Assembly: GCF_001194135.2 (NCBI RefSeq)
Contig: NC_069000.1
Span: 33,230,104 to 33,266,507 of the forward strand
Length of the DNA stretch: 36,404 nucleotides
Direction: 5' to 3'
Origin: Octopus bimaculoides
Lineage: Eukaryota
How positions within the stretch are numbered: the stretch's first letter is position 1; each line of letters begins with the position of its first letter. The translations under genes and the position numbers were made by a program. Shown here piece after piece: positions 22,278 through 33,781 of the stretch. The notes under the pieces were generated by a model. It worked only from the letters and a program-made list of their open reading frames with translations. It searched no databases and was not told the origin of the DNA.

Positions 22278-22346
<69 letters not shown>

Positions 22347-22399
22347 CACTTCTTTCTCATTCTCTCTTATTCTCTCTCTCCATCTTATTCTCTCATTCT

Positions 22400-22440
<41 letters not shown>
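22270..22440. repeat. (CT)n tract
   Basis: Read directly. Confidence 0.95.
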
Positions 22441-22442
<2 letters not shown>

Positions 22443-22616
22443 ATCCTCTTTCCCTTTTCTCACTGAGATAACACTCAATAAAAACTTTGATTTATCATTA
22501 CATGTCATTCGTTTGTCATCAGTTTGCTCCTGTTTCTTGGTTGCTGGAGGTTGGACGTGGTGGTTAGTCGGGGTGGTCTGTGTCGTATAAGAGTTGGCGG
22601 AGAAGTCGAGGAGCAG

Positions 22617-22649
<33 letters not shown>

Positions 22650-22659
22650 ATGAAAATAA

Positions 22660-24390
22660 TATTGGGAATAAGGATTTCTCTTATTTACAACATGGGGCGA
22701 GATCTTGGGAAGGATACAAAAAAGTGAAGCACAAAAGGAAACAACAAACAATGAACTTGGAGATGTTTATGCGAAGGAAAGAGGTGAGACCAACACATTA
22801 TAGAAGACAGCATTAGGAACAAAGAACAATAAACAATAGAACAACGAGAAATGAGAAACCGGCTACTGAGAGTTATTCGGAGACACACACCAAAGGGAAG
22901 TACCTTTCTGCCTGTTCTAACCACTAGTTAGTGTAGGTTTATTTAGCCATGACAATTTCGCCAGTCTCTTCCACGTATAAAATTTATTGGAATGTAACGC
23001 GTCCTTCTCTACACCCGACTTCCTCTTCAAGTGGTACTTGAAAACGTTGATGAAGGCTTGGCCTGAGAAAAGAAAAAAAAACTATCTTCAAGCATTTTAA
23101 CTGCATAGCCTCCTCAACTTTTGATGCCATAGCCAACAAGCAGGAGAAGACTGGCCGGTCTTTGTTGTCAAAGGAAAACGGTGGCTCGATCTTGATGACA
23201 GACTTATTTCTTTACTGCACACAAGGGGCTACACACAGAGGGGACAAACAAGGACAGACAAACGGATTAAGTCAATTAAATCGACCCCAGTGCGTAACTG
23301 GTACTATTTAATCGACCCCGAAAGGATGAAAGGCAAAGTCGACCCCGGCGGAATTTGAACTCAGAACGTAGCGGCAGACGAAATACCGCTGAGCATTTCG
23401 TCCGGCGTGCTAACGTTTCTGCCAGCTCGCCGCCTTATCTTGATGACAGACTTGGCTGCGAGGAGCTCGTTCTACTCAATATAATAGCTGTTCAACATAC
23501 ACCTAGAAATTAGAAATAAACGGTCACTAAACGAAAGTCAGTCAGCTCAGTCATCCTGTGGCGTCTCAATCGCAGTAGGTAACTGGTGGCTCCAATATGG
23601 TCATTTTATTCGACACAAACGATACTACCTTGTAGCACTGCCAGACCGACATTTTTGGAGGGGGGAGCCGTCTATAATCTTCATCTTAAAGTTCCTTATT
23701 TATACTATCTTCGTCGGCGCATAGAGTTGCTTACTGATCAATGTCGTTCACATCCTCCATTATTCCTTTGTTGAATGCGTGGTTTGGATTTCTAACGACT
23801 ATTTAAGTCCAGCTGGTGGCGTGCAGTGAGATTATAAGCAACAATCTGTGTTTGACTCGAGATTGCAGCTTCATCAAAGAGAAGAGCCTCAGAATGGCGA
23901 TCATAATATCCAATGTCATCGTCACGACCGAGGATCGTTTGTTAGTGACAGAGCGCATCATTCACTGCGGCATCTCGTCACCGCCTTTTAAGTGGTATTG
24001 GTAGTACAGAATATTCCCTTCTACAAGGAGCAAAAGAGCATCTGTTTCAATCTGATCAGATGTTTCCTGGGGACAAAAACACAACAGTTAGTCGATGGTA
24101 CCGCACCAGAGTAAACGTTAGCTACTTGTATATGACCTTTCAGCCTATTTCTGAATGAGATCAGTCACTCTGCTCGCGGTCTCTTCCCAGGTTTTTCCAC
24201 CTTCTGCTCATCACGGTGGCTCTGAAAAAATTAAAAGGTCAGGGCGGTGCTTATCTCTCCCAAGAAATTAAATCACTTGTAAGAAGAACGGTGTGATGAC
24301 AGCGAAAAGAGAAACTAGAAGCTAGTCAAATCGATCCCACACTTTCTGCCAAAGAAACGCTGAGGACTGAGGCGTAATCACTTCCTTCAC
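22660..24390 (-). mobile_element. Decayed L1/Tx1-like LINE: ORF2 C-terminal region plus probable 3' UTR
   Basis: Minus-strand fragments in order: SRVTDLIQK*AER, YHRLTVV, LIRLKQMLFCSL*KG, QYHLKGGDEMP, KLQSRVKHR, WQCYK, VYVEQLL, SVIKIEPPFSFDNKDRPVFSCLLAMA, GQAFINVFKYHLKRK..W. Colinear with 433-900 over the shared region. Boundaries approximate. Confidence 0.75.
23206..23436 (-). mobile_element. tRNA-derived SINE family C, full length, young
   Basis: A box TGGCAGAAACG, B box GAGTTCAAATTCC, central GGTCGACTTTGCCTTTCATCCTTTCGGGGTCGAT domain; perfect 17-bp TSD ATCTTGATGACAGACTT (23189-23205 and 23437-23453). Confidence 0.93.
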
Positions 24391-25019
24391 TTACCCAGCG
24401 GAACTGAAATTGCATTTTTATCAGGGAAAAAACAGATAGACCCTACATTTTAAATTACCCCATAAGACTATGTAGTGATCTATCATTTGATCAACGCACA
24501 TACACAGACACACACACACAAACACACACATACTCATATGCACACATGCGCGCGCACACACAGACACACATACGCACACTCACACGCACCCATACGCACA
24601 CTTCTTAGACCGCAATAAGCTGATTAGTAAAGAATCACTCAACAATACCCTATAACATCTGGCCCACAGACGCACAGTCACCTCTCCTTTTTACATTTCT
24701 TTTTCCTACTAAATGGGCCCTCCTTGTCTATGCTAGCTAGTTGGATATCACCTCCACATAATTCCATCCAACACATCCGTCTCTTCTCCTCTCATCAGCC
24801 ATAATTTATCTCGCCCCTTTCCTCAGATTCCACTGTAACCACTTTACCCAATACTTGCTTCACAGAATTTTTTTCTTTTGTACTGTCCTTGCCTGCACTG
24901 TTCTTGTCCTCAGACTAACCACAGACACATGCGCGCGCGCAAGAGTTTGTACACGAAATCGTTTAGCTTATAGCGAAAAAGAATTTCTATCCGAATTACG
25001 AAGCCGAACATTTATACTA

Positions 25020-25505
25020 CTACTTTATTTCATTGATCCTGGAAAGATAAAAAGCAGCATTGTTCTCAGCAGGATTTGAACTCAAAACGAAATATAATTT
25101 TGTCCAATGCAATATTTTTCTTATTATTTGTCTCCTGAGCTCATAACGTCTACAATACAATAAACGTTACAAAAGCAAGGGAGAAAAGAAATTAGGGGCT
25201 AAACACAGATATATAATGTAAAGAGATTATGCAATGATCGGATTAAATTTAATGAAAATAAAAATTAAATAATAGAATATGTGATAGAAAACGGGCAATA
25301 ATTCAAACATGAGAAAATAATTAGGGTTACTCAAATAGACATAAATATTAATTGTATTCATTCTTTCTAAATAATGCCAGAAATTTTGAAAGGATATGAC
25401 ATGATGATTATATTGATCCCACTATTTCACTGGTATTTAACTTCTCGACCTCGAAAGGATGAAAAGCAAAGTTGATCTCGGCATTGATTCTGCCAGCTCA
25501 CTTCA
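25020..25505 (-). mobile_element. Two decayed SINE family C fragments (about 25020-25095 and 25410-25505)
   Basis: GGATTTGAACTCA; TCGACCTCGAAAGGATGAAAAGCAAAGTTGATCTCGGC. Confidence 0.55.
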
Positions 25506-25705
25506 TTTAAATTCTTTCAGGCTGTGCTTTGGTTGCATCTCCAGTTTTAAAGCCCTTAAATTAAAGGTACAGCATAGCTTTTGCTCTTTTATTTGAGAGA
25601 TATGTCCTGGTGAACGTTTTGACGTGAGGGAAGTTTTAAACCGCTTCTATTTTTTCTAAGTAGAGATTTATAATTTTTCTCTTCACTCTCATCTATATTA
25701 CCTGT

Positions 25706-26053
25706 TGAGGCGCAATGGCCCAGTGGTTAGGGCATAGGGTCATAGGATCGCCGTTTCGATTCCCAGACCGGGCGTTGTGAGTGTTTATTGAGCGAAAACA
25801 CTTAAAGCTCCACGAGGCTCCGGCAGGGGATAGTAGTGAACCCTGCTGCACTCTTCCACCACAACTTTCTCTCACTCTTACTTCCTGTTTCTGTTGTGCC
25901 TGTAATTCAAAGGGTCAGCCTTGTCACATTGTGTCACGCTGAACCTCCCCGAGAACTACATCAAGGGTACACGTGTCTGTGGAGTGCTCAGCCACTTGCA
26001 CGTTAATTTCACGAGCAGGCTGTTCCGTTGATCGGATCAACTGGAACCCTCGA
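25706..26053 (+). mobile_element. tRNA-derived SINE family A, 3' end lost in gap
   Basis: GAGGCGCAATGGCCCAGTGGTTAGGGCA..GTTTCGATTCCCAGACCGGGCG; colinear with 23-403. Confidence 0.88.
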
Positions 26054-26616
26054 NNNNNNNNNNACATTTTTTCTTGTCGCTCTGATTGATCTAAACCTTC
26101 CATATGTTCACTTTGTGTTAAAGGAATGCTTGCCTCCACACAGCTGCTGCATAAATGAACCGCAGTAATTGACTGCGTGTAAGAGCCGCTAGAGCTATTA
26201 TCGCTGTCTTAATGATTACTTATTTCTGTTTTTTAGGCATTTTTCTATTAATTGTTCTCTAAAATGTTCATTTCCTTATTCTGTTTTTACATTTCCCCGC
26301 GTGCTGAGTTTTTATGATTTTCTTTCTCTTTTCTTTTTCTTTTTTTTTTTCCATGGTATGTTTATTCATGTACCGCGTTTGTGTGTGGTAACTATTTTCT
26401 TGTGAAGATGTAATATATGCAAATATAATTTTAAAGCTTTGAGAAACACACCTCATTTATCTGCTGTCTACTCCCAGGTACTGCGAGCAACGCTTCCCTT
26501 TGAAATTATTGTTCTTATATACAAGTACTCCATCGAAAATTTCCTTTTGTAATATTTCAATAGTTAATATTTCGAAGAGAGATGTAAAGACGACGTCTTC
26601 ACACTACGAGGATCAA

Positions 26617-26675
<59 letters not shown>

Positions 26676-26677
<2 letters not shown>

Positions 26678-26842
26678 TGCACTACTGGGTACTGCACACA
26701 TTCTACGCAAAACACTTTCAATACAGTAACCATAAGAGCACCACAGCAAACCACAGCACATACCCAAGGCGCACAGAGCTGCGCTCGGTAGTGAAGTGAA
26801 AGCACGTTATAAAAATAAAACTACTGAACAATAATAATAATA
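26676..26842 (+). mobile_element. R4/Dong-type LINE 3' tip with (AAT)n tail
   Basis: IALLGTAHILRKTLSIQ*, then a 3' UTR shared with copies ending at 30695 and 31097, then AATAATAAT; preceded by (AAT)n at 26620-26677. Confidence 0.85.
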
Positions 26843-26854
26843 GTAATTATAATA

Positions 26855-27127
26855 GGCATGTGCCAAGCAAGGTACAAGACAACGATCAGGCCGCAATCAT
26901 CTGGTATATGCCGGTTCAAACCGACAAAGAAATTAAAGCTAATTGCCCAGACATGATAGTCAAGGTTTGAGGAAAAACACCTGCTTACTGATAGACTTTG
27001 CAAGCCTTTCGGATCAAAATATTGTCAAAAAAGAAGTGGAGAAATTGTCGAAGTATAAAGACCTCGAAACTGAAGTATTCAAAATGTGAGGCACGAAGAT
27101 AGAAACGATACCAATAATGATTCCTGC
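26855..27127 (+). mobile_element. Decayed R4/Dong-type RLE domain fragment
   Basis: HVPSKVQDNDQAAIIWYMPVQTDKEIKANCPDMIVK/KNTCLLIDFASLSDQNIVKKEVEKLSKYKDLETEVFKM*GTKIETIPI: the W D.P..TD..I.AN.PD....C..ID......EK..KYKDL RLE motif. Confidence 0.82.
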
Positions 27128-27177
27128 ACACACCCCAGCAATACGGTGGTGTAGCAGGTGATGCAGTAGATCTACAA

Positions 27178-27268
<91 letters not shown>

Positions 27269-27271
<3 letters not shown>

Positions 27272-28143
27272 GAGTATCTCAACAGGCATGATAGAGCTGC
27301 ACAATATATTCACTGGGTAATATGCAAAAACCTGGACTTGCTCCATGATAAAAACTGGTGGGAACACAAACCACNNNNNNNNNNNNNNNNNNNNNNNNNN
27401 NNNNNNNNNNNNNNNNNNNNNNNNNNNNNNNNNNNNNNNNNNNNNNNNNNNNNNNNNNNNNNNNNNNNNNNNNNNNNNNNNNNNNNNNNNNNNNNNNNNN
27501 NNNNNNNNNNNNNNNNNNNNNNNNNNNNNNNNNNNNNNNNNNNNNNNNNNNNNNNNNNNNNNNNNNNNNNNNNNNNNNNNNNNNNNNNNNNNNNNNNNNN
27601 NNNNNNNNNNNNNNNNNNNNNNNNNNNNNNNNNNNNNNNNNNNNNNNNNNNNNNNNNNNNNNNNNNNNNNNNNNNNNNNNNNNNNNNNNNNNNNNNNNNN
27701 NNNNNNNNNNNNNNNNNNNNNNNNNNNNNNNNNNNNNNNNNNNNNNNNNNNNNNNNNNNNNNNNNNNNNNNNNNNNNNNNGGAATCTGAAGACGAAAACA
27801 ATACCTTTTGTCATAGGTGCCCTGGGAATGACAGCGAAACGGGCTGATTACTACCTAGATCAGATACCAGGAAACCCCAAAATGGCTGAAGTTCAAAAGA
27901 TAATGCTCATGGGAACTGCCCATATCCTACGTAAAATACTGTCTATGTGATCTCAAATTTTAAAGCAAACACATAATTTTCTTATGGTTTCTTAAACATT
28001 CACTTGAACAAAACTGTACAAATCCAAATAACACCTACATGAACTTCTGACTTGTTGTCTCTTGAGGTCTCTGGGTGAGACTTGGATCCAACTTGTACAA
28101 ATGCAAAACAAAAGTCAAACATAAAATAATAATAATAATAATA
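27269..28143 (+). mobile_element. R4/Dong-type LINE 3' portion, second subfamily, spanning gap 27375-27780
   Basis: KEYLNRHDRAAQYIHWVICKNLDLLHDKNWWEHKP [gap] NLKTKTIPFVIGALGM..EVQKIMLMGTAHILRKILSM*; distinct 3' UTR; (AAT)n on both sides. Confidence 0.88.
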
Positions 28144-28199
28144 ATTATTATTATTATTATTATTATAGATATTGTTATTATCATTATAATAGTTTTAAT

Positions 28200-28385
28200 T
28201 ATTGATACTAGGCCAACAATTATCGATTACTCCATCTCAGTACTTGACTCATAATTATTTTATCGACTCCAAAAGGATGAATGACAAAGTCGACTTTAGA
28301 AGCATTTGAACTCAGAATGTAAACAACTGAATGAAATACTGCTAAGCATATTGTCTGTCGCTGTAACTGTTCTATCAGTTCATAA
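28200..28385 (-). mobile_element. Old SINE family C
   Basis: TTTATCGACTCCAAAAGGATGAATGACAAAGTCGAC..ATTTGAACTCAGAA..AAATACTGCTAAGCAT. Confidence 0.7.
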
Positions 28386-28683
28386 TAATAAATATTCCAA
28401 GGGAAGTAGAATGTAATTGCTTAACAAAATTTATATTTTATCTTAACGAAGCTAGAAATATTACAAACACAAAGTTTAGCTCCAGCGATATTTGAACTGC
28501 TGACTGATAAATAAATAAATATAGTACCTCAAATTTATGACAAGAATCTGCCAAGTCAATGCACTATGGAGCCTGTGAATAAAAAGTACTATCAATCAAT
28601 AAATGCAGCAAAAGCCATCAAAATAAAAATTGATATTATATAGACAAATACCACACACTCTATCACAATGTTGTTATATGGAT

Positions 28684-28749
<66 letters not shown>

Positions 28750-29113
28750 ACATGTGTGTGTGTGTACATGTATGTATATGCATATATATGTGTGTACAAA
28801 TATACGCATATGCATACAGAAATACATGCACACACATAGGAAAACATAGGAGAAGGTGAAAATGTTATGGTTTGCGATAAAATTAGTAAACTTGGGTGTC
28901 TAACGTAATGATCTGTGATTGAACAACATCAACAGCTGCCTGAAAATTACTTTTCGTCAGCGTGCATATATGTGTATTCATGAGTATGGGACTCTGTGTG
29001 TGCATACACGTGCACGTATATGTGTATCTTGTCTCTATTTTCGAGCGTGAGTATATGCATATGTGATGTTGATAGTTGATACGACAAATTGTAAATATAT
29101 GTAACAACTGCGA

Positions 29114-29114
<1 letters not shown>

Positions 29115-29188
<74 letters not shown>

Positions 29189-30012
29189 CCCTTCTATCAT
29201 AAGCACAGTATCTAGAATTTTAGGGGAGGGGGAAAAGACCCTAGTGCTTGACTGGTACTCATTTTATCGACCGCGAAAGGNNNNNNNNNNNNNNNNNNNN
29301 NNNNNNNNNNNNNNNNNNNNNNNNNNNNNNNNNNNNNNNNNNNNNNNNNNNNNNNNNNNNNNNNNNNNNNNNNNNNNNNNNNNNNNNNNNNNNNNNNNNN
29401 NNNNNNNNNNNNNNNNNNNNNNNNNNNNNNNNNNNNNNNNNNNNNNNNNNNNNNNNNNNNNNNNNNNNNNNNNNNNNNNNNNNNNNNNNNNNNNNNNNNN
29501 NNNNNNNNNNNNNNNNNNNNNNNNNNNNNNNNNNNNNNNNNNNNNNNNNNNNNNNNNNNNNNNNNNNNNNNNNNNNNNNNNNNNNNNNNNNNNNNNNNNN
29601 NNNNNNNNNNNNNNNNNNNNNNNNNNNNNNNNNNNNNNNNNNNNNNNNNNNNNNNNNNNNNNNNNNNNNNNNNNNNNNNNNNNNNNNNNNNNNNNNNNNN
29701 NNNNNNNNNNNNNNNNNNNNNNNNNNNNNNNNNNNNNNNNNNNNNNNNNNNNNNNNNNNNNNNNNNNNNNNNNNNNNNNNNNNNNTAATAATAATAATGG
29801 TTTCAAATTTTGCCACAGGGCAGCCATTTTGGGGGAGGGGATGAGTCGATTACACCGACCTCAGTCTTTAAATGGTACTTATTTCGTTGACCCCCGAAAG
29901 AATGAAAGGCAAAGTCGACCTCGGCGGAATTTGAACTCAGAACGTAGTGGCAGACGAAATACCGCTAAGCATTTCGCCTGACATTCTAACGATTCTGCCA
30001 GCTTACCACCTT
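29115..30012 (-). mobile_element. Two SINE family C copies (29188-29280 and 29797-30012), each with an (AAT)n-reading tail, separated by gap 29281-29785
   Basis: Family C head and core at 29870-30012; tails next to (AAT)n at 29115-29187 and 29786-29797. Confidence 0.8.
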
Positions 30013-30035
30013 GATGATAATGATGATGGTGATGG

Positions 30036-30072
<37 letters not shown>

Positions 30073-30117
30073 AATGATGATAATGATGATGATGATAACA
30101 ACAACAGTAATAATAAT

Positions 30118-30757
30118 ATTCACAGACATGACAGATTTGGGACTTATACACTGGACCTGTACACTGGAAGCTATGCCAACACTATGGAATGACAACAGGA
30201 AAAAAGATGGTATACGCACACCCCAGAAAAGGTCTCAGAAAATGACAAAACAACCATACTCTGGGATATGCCAATATATACAGATAGACAAATCAAGGCT
30301 AATAGACCGGTTATAATTGTTAGGGATCATCAAGAAAACAAAAATGCCTTCTAATCGATGTATTAATACCAAGAGAGGATAATGTATCTCCAAAAGAAAC
30401 GGAGCAACTCTGAAAATACAAAGATCTGGAAATAGAGGTAAACCGAACGTGGAGTCTAAAGCAGAAACAATCCCTATAATAAGAGGTGCATTAAGTATGA
30501 CTAAAACACATTAGGACTTACGAATGTATATAACGAACAGACAATAGCACTACTAGGCAGCGTGCACATCCTTCGTAAAGCACTTTCTATACACGGAAAA
30601 TAAGAACACCACAACAAACCACAGCTCATACTCAAGGCACAGAGAGCTGCGCTCGGTAGTGTAGTGAAAGCACGTGATAAAAATAAAACTACCGAATAAT
30701 AATAATAATAATAATGATAATAATAATAATAATAATAATAATATTAATAATAATAAT
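30118..30757 (+). mobile_element. R4/Dong-type LINE 3' portion (RLE domain plus 3' UTR plus (AAT)n)
   Basis: HRHDRFGTY..HWKLCQHYGMTTGKRWYTHTPEKVSENDKTTILWDMPIYTDRQIKANRPVIIVRDHQEN/KCLLIDVLIPREDNVSPKETEQL*KYKDLEIEVNRTWSLKAETIPIIRGAL..IALLGSVHILRKALS. Confidence 0.88.
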
Positions 30758-31114
30758 ACTCGAATAATACAAAAAACAGAAACAATTCCTATCATAGTAG
30801 GTGCCTTAGGTATAATAAAAAAATATTCAGACAAATACATAACAAAAACACCAGGACTTACAAATATATATAACATACAGAAAATTGCACTACAGGGCAC
30901 TGCACACATCCTACTCAAAACACTTTCAATACAGTAACCATANNNNNNNNNNTACAGGGCACTGCACACATCCTACTCAAAACACTTTCAATACAGTAAC
31001 CATAAGAGCATCACAGCAAACCACAACACATACCCAAGGCACACAGAGCAGCGCTCGGTAGTGAAGTGAAAGCACGTTATAAAAATAAAACTACTGAATA
31101 ATAATAATAATAAT
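30758..31114 (+). mobile_element. R4/Dong-type LINE 3' end, relatively intact
   Basis: KTETIPIIVGALGIIKKYSDKYITKTPGLTNIYNIQKIALQGTAHILLKTLSIQ*, 3' UTR and (AAT)n; 52-bp overlap across a 10-N gap. Confidence 0.88.
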
Positions 31115-31126
31115 GATGATGATAAT

Positions 31127-31184
31127 ATACCTCAGTGTCATTTTGATGGCATGCACTACTCTCTCACCCAATAATAATAATAAT
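31127..31184 (+). mobile_element. 3' tip of non-coding family E with (AAT)n tail
   Basis: CAGTGTCATTTTGATGGCATGCACTACTCTCTCACCC-AATAAT is the reverse complement (with 3 mismatches) of the element end at 33782 and 34277. Confidence 0.75.
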
Positions 31185-31214
31185 GAACTCTCCTGTTGAA
31201 GACAATGCATGATT

Positions 31215-31342
31215 GTCAAGTGATCGCACGGTAACGTGAGATGAAATGTTTTGCCCAAGAACACAAGGCACCACCCGGTCTAAGAATTGAAATCACGATC
31301 TCGCGATCGTGAGTGTAGCGCACTAGCCACTAGCCTATGTGT
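31215..31342 (-). mobile_element. Old tRNA-SINE head (separate family)
   Basis: Minus strand: CATAGGCTAGTGGCTAGTGCG..GATTTCAATTCTTAGACCGGG..GTGTTCTTGGGCAAAACATTT. Confidence 0.55.
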
Positions 31343-31351
31343 TCTCCTGCT

Positions 31352-31490
31352 CGGTGACATTTGAACTTAGAACATAAAATGTCGGAATAAATACCGCGAA
31401 AATACAAAGCTCTGGAAATAGAGGTAACTCGAACGTGGAGTCTAGAAGCATTTTGTCCGAAGCGCTAACGATTCTCCCAGCTTGCCACCT
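31352..31490 (-). mobile_element. SINE family C head carrying a 47-bp Dong-derived insert
   Basis: ATTTGAACTTAGAAC..AATACCGCG [insert 31399-31445] AAGCATTTTGTCC..CTAACGATTCTCCCAGCTTGCCACCT. Confidence 0.75.
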
Positions 31491-31562
31491 CTGCTTTCTC
31501 GACTAGCTATTTGGGTTGGATGCCCATTAATCGAAAATATTTGATGAACTGGTGCTTATTTT

Positions 31563-32183
31563 GGATCTATTTTAAAACGGGGGCGCCAGTATTTTCTTAA
31601 CGAAACACTAACGAAACACTTTGAAACTTGGGACACTGGTAGAATGTGTCATATAAAACATCTTTTACTCTTAGTCTTCTTAACAAAAAAAAAGAAATTC
31701 GCAAGTTATTCCATGTAAAAGTTGTCGTATTTCTGTAATTTCAACCAATCACTGACGTCTATTCAGCTGAATAGAGTTTACTGCTGGGCGGTCATAAAAA
31801 TGTTATTCCCTGTGACATATTTCATCCGGTTTAATCGTAATTTATACGCATATATTGTTTATATAATAAATTACGCTGTGCGTATCTATGTGTGTAACAA
31901 TTTTAGAGTTCGAATTCTCGAGTTAGGGTTAGTGTTAGGGTTAGGGGATTAATACGATATACACCGTTACAGCGCTAACTGTTTTCAACTGAATAGACGT
32001 CAGTGATTAGTAGAAATTATCGAAATAAGACAATTTTTTACATGAAATAAATTCGAATACAAAAATATTTTTCTGTTCTATAACACAAAATAGATAAGTA
32101 TACGAAGTTTGAAAGTCTTCCCGTACCAAAAACACTACATAAAACATAAATGAAAACTGGCGTCCCCGTTTTAAAATAGATCC
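31563..32183. mobile_element. Fold-back MITE, copy 2 (inverted relative to copy 1)
   Basis: 28-bp TIR GGATCTATTTTAAAACGGGG(G/A)CGCCAGT; TSD CTTATTTT/CTTATTTC (7 of 8 match); body colinear with the reverse complement of 6838-7492. Confidence 0.9.
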
Positions 32184-32249
32184 CTTATTTCATCGTCCCT
32201 CGCCGTCCTATTACTGGTACTACTATTAATACTAATAATTTCTCCAAAC

Positions 32250-32718
32250 TTTTAAGCAGAATCTTCAGCGCGCCGGACAAATTGCTTAGCGACATTTCAC
32301 GCATCTTTGCGTTCTCAGTTCAAATTCTGCGTTGGTCGACTTTGCTTTTCATGACTACCAGTCAAGTACTTGGGTCTATGAAATCGACTAGCCGCCTCTC
32401 GTAAAATTTCAGGCCTTATGCTTAGAGCAGAAAGGTTTATTGTTGTAATTATAGTTGTAGTTGCAGCTGTTGCTGCTACTGTTGTTGTTACTGCTGCTAC
32501 TTCTGCTGTTGTTAAGGTTGTGAGCTGGCAGATTCGTTTGCACATCAGACAAAATCTTTAGCAACATTTTTTTCTGGCTCTTTACGTTCTGAGTTCAAAT
32601 TCCGCCGAGTTCGGCTTCGTCTTCAATCCTTTTGCGATCGCTAAAATAAAGAACCACTCAAGCACTAGGATAGAGGAAATCATCTAAATCCCCACTCCCT
32701 AAAATTTGTAGCCTTGTT
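32250..32718 (+). mobile_element. Two decayed SINE family C copies (about 32250-32445 and 32514-32718)
   Basis: GTTCAAATTCTGCG..GGTCGACTTTGCTTTTCAT; GAGCTGGCAGA..TTCTGAGTTCAAATTCCGCCGAG. Confidence 0.7.
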
Positions 32719-33038
32719 GTTGTTATTGTGGTAGTGGTAGTGATACCGTTAGTTATTTTTATTATTGCCCAAGACATTTGTTAAGTGTAACTTTATCTAA
32801 GGCTTCAAACTTATTTATTTGCTTGGTCGTATTTGTCATGTGAAAGCTCTCTAAATCATATTATCCATACATTTATGCGTGTGTATGCGTTAGTATATAT
32901 TATATGTGTTTTAGGTATACATACACTATATAGGTATGTATGTATATGGAAAGGGAGAGACAGATATACACACATAATGTTTGTACCTACATATATTTGT
33001 ATGTACGTGTATATGCGTATATATATATATACATATAA

Positions 33039-33085
<47 letters not shown>

Positions 33086-33689
33086 ACATTTCTCACTGAC
33101 ATAAAACACACGAGCACGTGCTTTTAAGCTATCATCGGAGAAGGAAAAGAAAATTTATTAGTTTTGTCTTCATTAAGACGTAGAAAAATAATTTTAAAAA
33201 AAAATTATATTTCTGAAAACACTTTTTGTTAGAAGAAAACAAAATCTCATGAAAGTCAAAAGGATTTATATAAACAAGAGCAGATTCCAAAAGTAGGTAT
33301 CGGAATTCGTTTTGCTAAAATCATTGTGTCTACAATCCTTGTTTTGTTAAAACCTGAGATTACTTTCAATTTCAAATTTAGGGAAATAAAAGAAAAGAAG
33401 AAAACTGTATATGTTTTAGAAGAACCAGAATTCAATTAAACTCGATGTCATTCATACTTTTTTTTCGATTTTATGGCGCATATGTGCAAATAGACATGTA
33501 TACACATGCATATGATATAATATATTACATTATACATATATTATATAGCATATACACATACATACATACATACATACATACATACATACATACATACATA
33601 CATACATACATACATACAGCAAATCCTTAATTCATGTCAGAAACGATCACGTTATCTAGGAATATAAAAATCTGCAAGACTTTCTTAAG

Positions 33690-33733
33690 ATTCCCTTCCC
33701 CAAATTTGAAACCTTGTGCTTCCACTAGAAAGG

Positions 33734-33781
<48 letters not shown>
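33690..33781 (+). mobile_element. SINE family C 3' tail plus (ATT)n
   Basis: TCCCCAAATTTGAAACCTTGTGCTTCCACTAGAAAGG-ATTATT matches the family C tail variant at 10760-10798. Confidence 0.6.

Noticed and set aside
30891-31004. 52-bp direct repeat in the Dong 3' end
   Set aside because: Identical sequence on both sides of a 10-N gap indicates an unmerged contig overlap.
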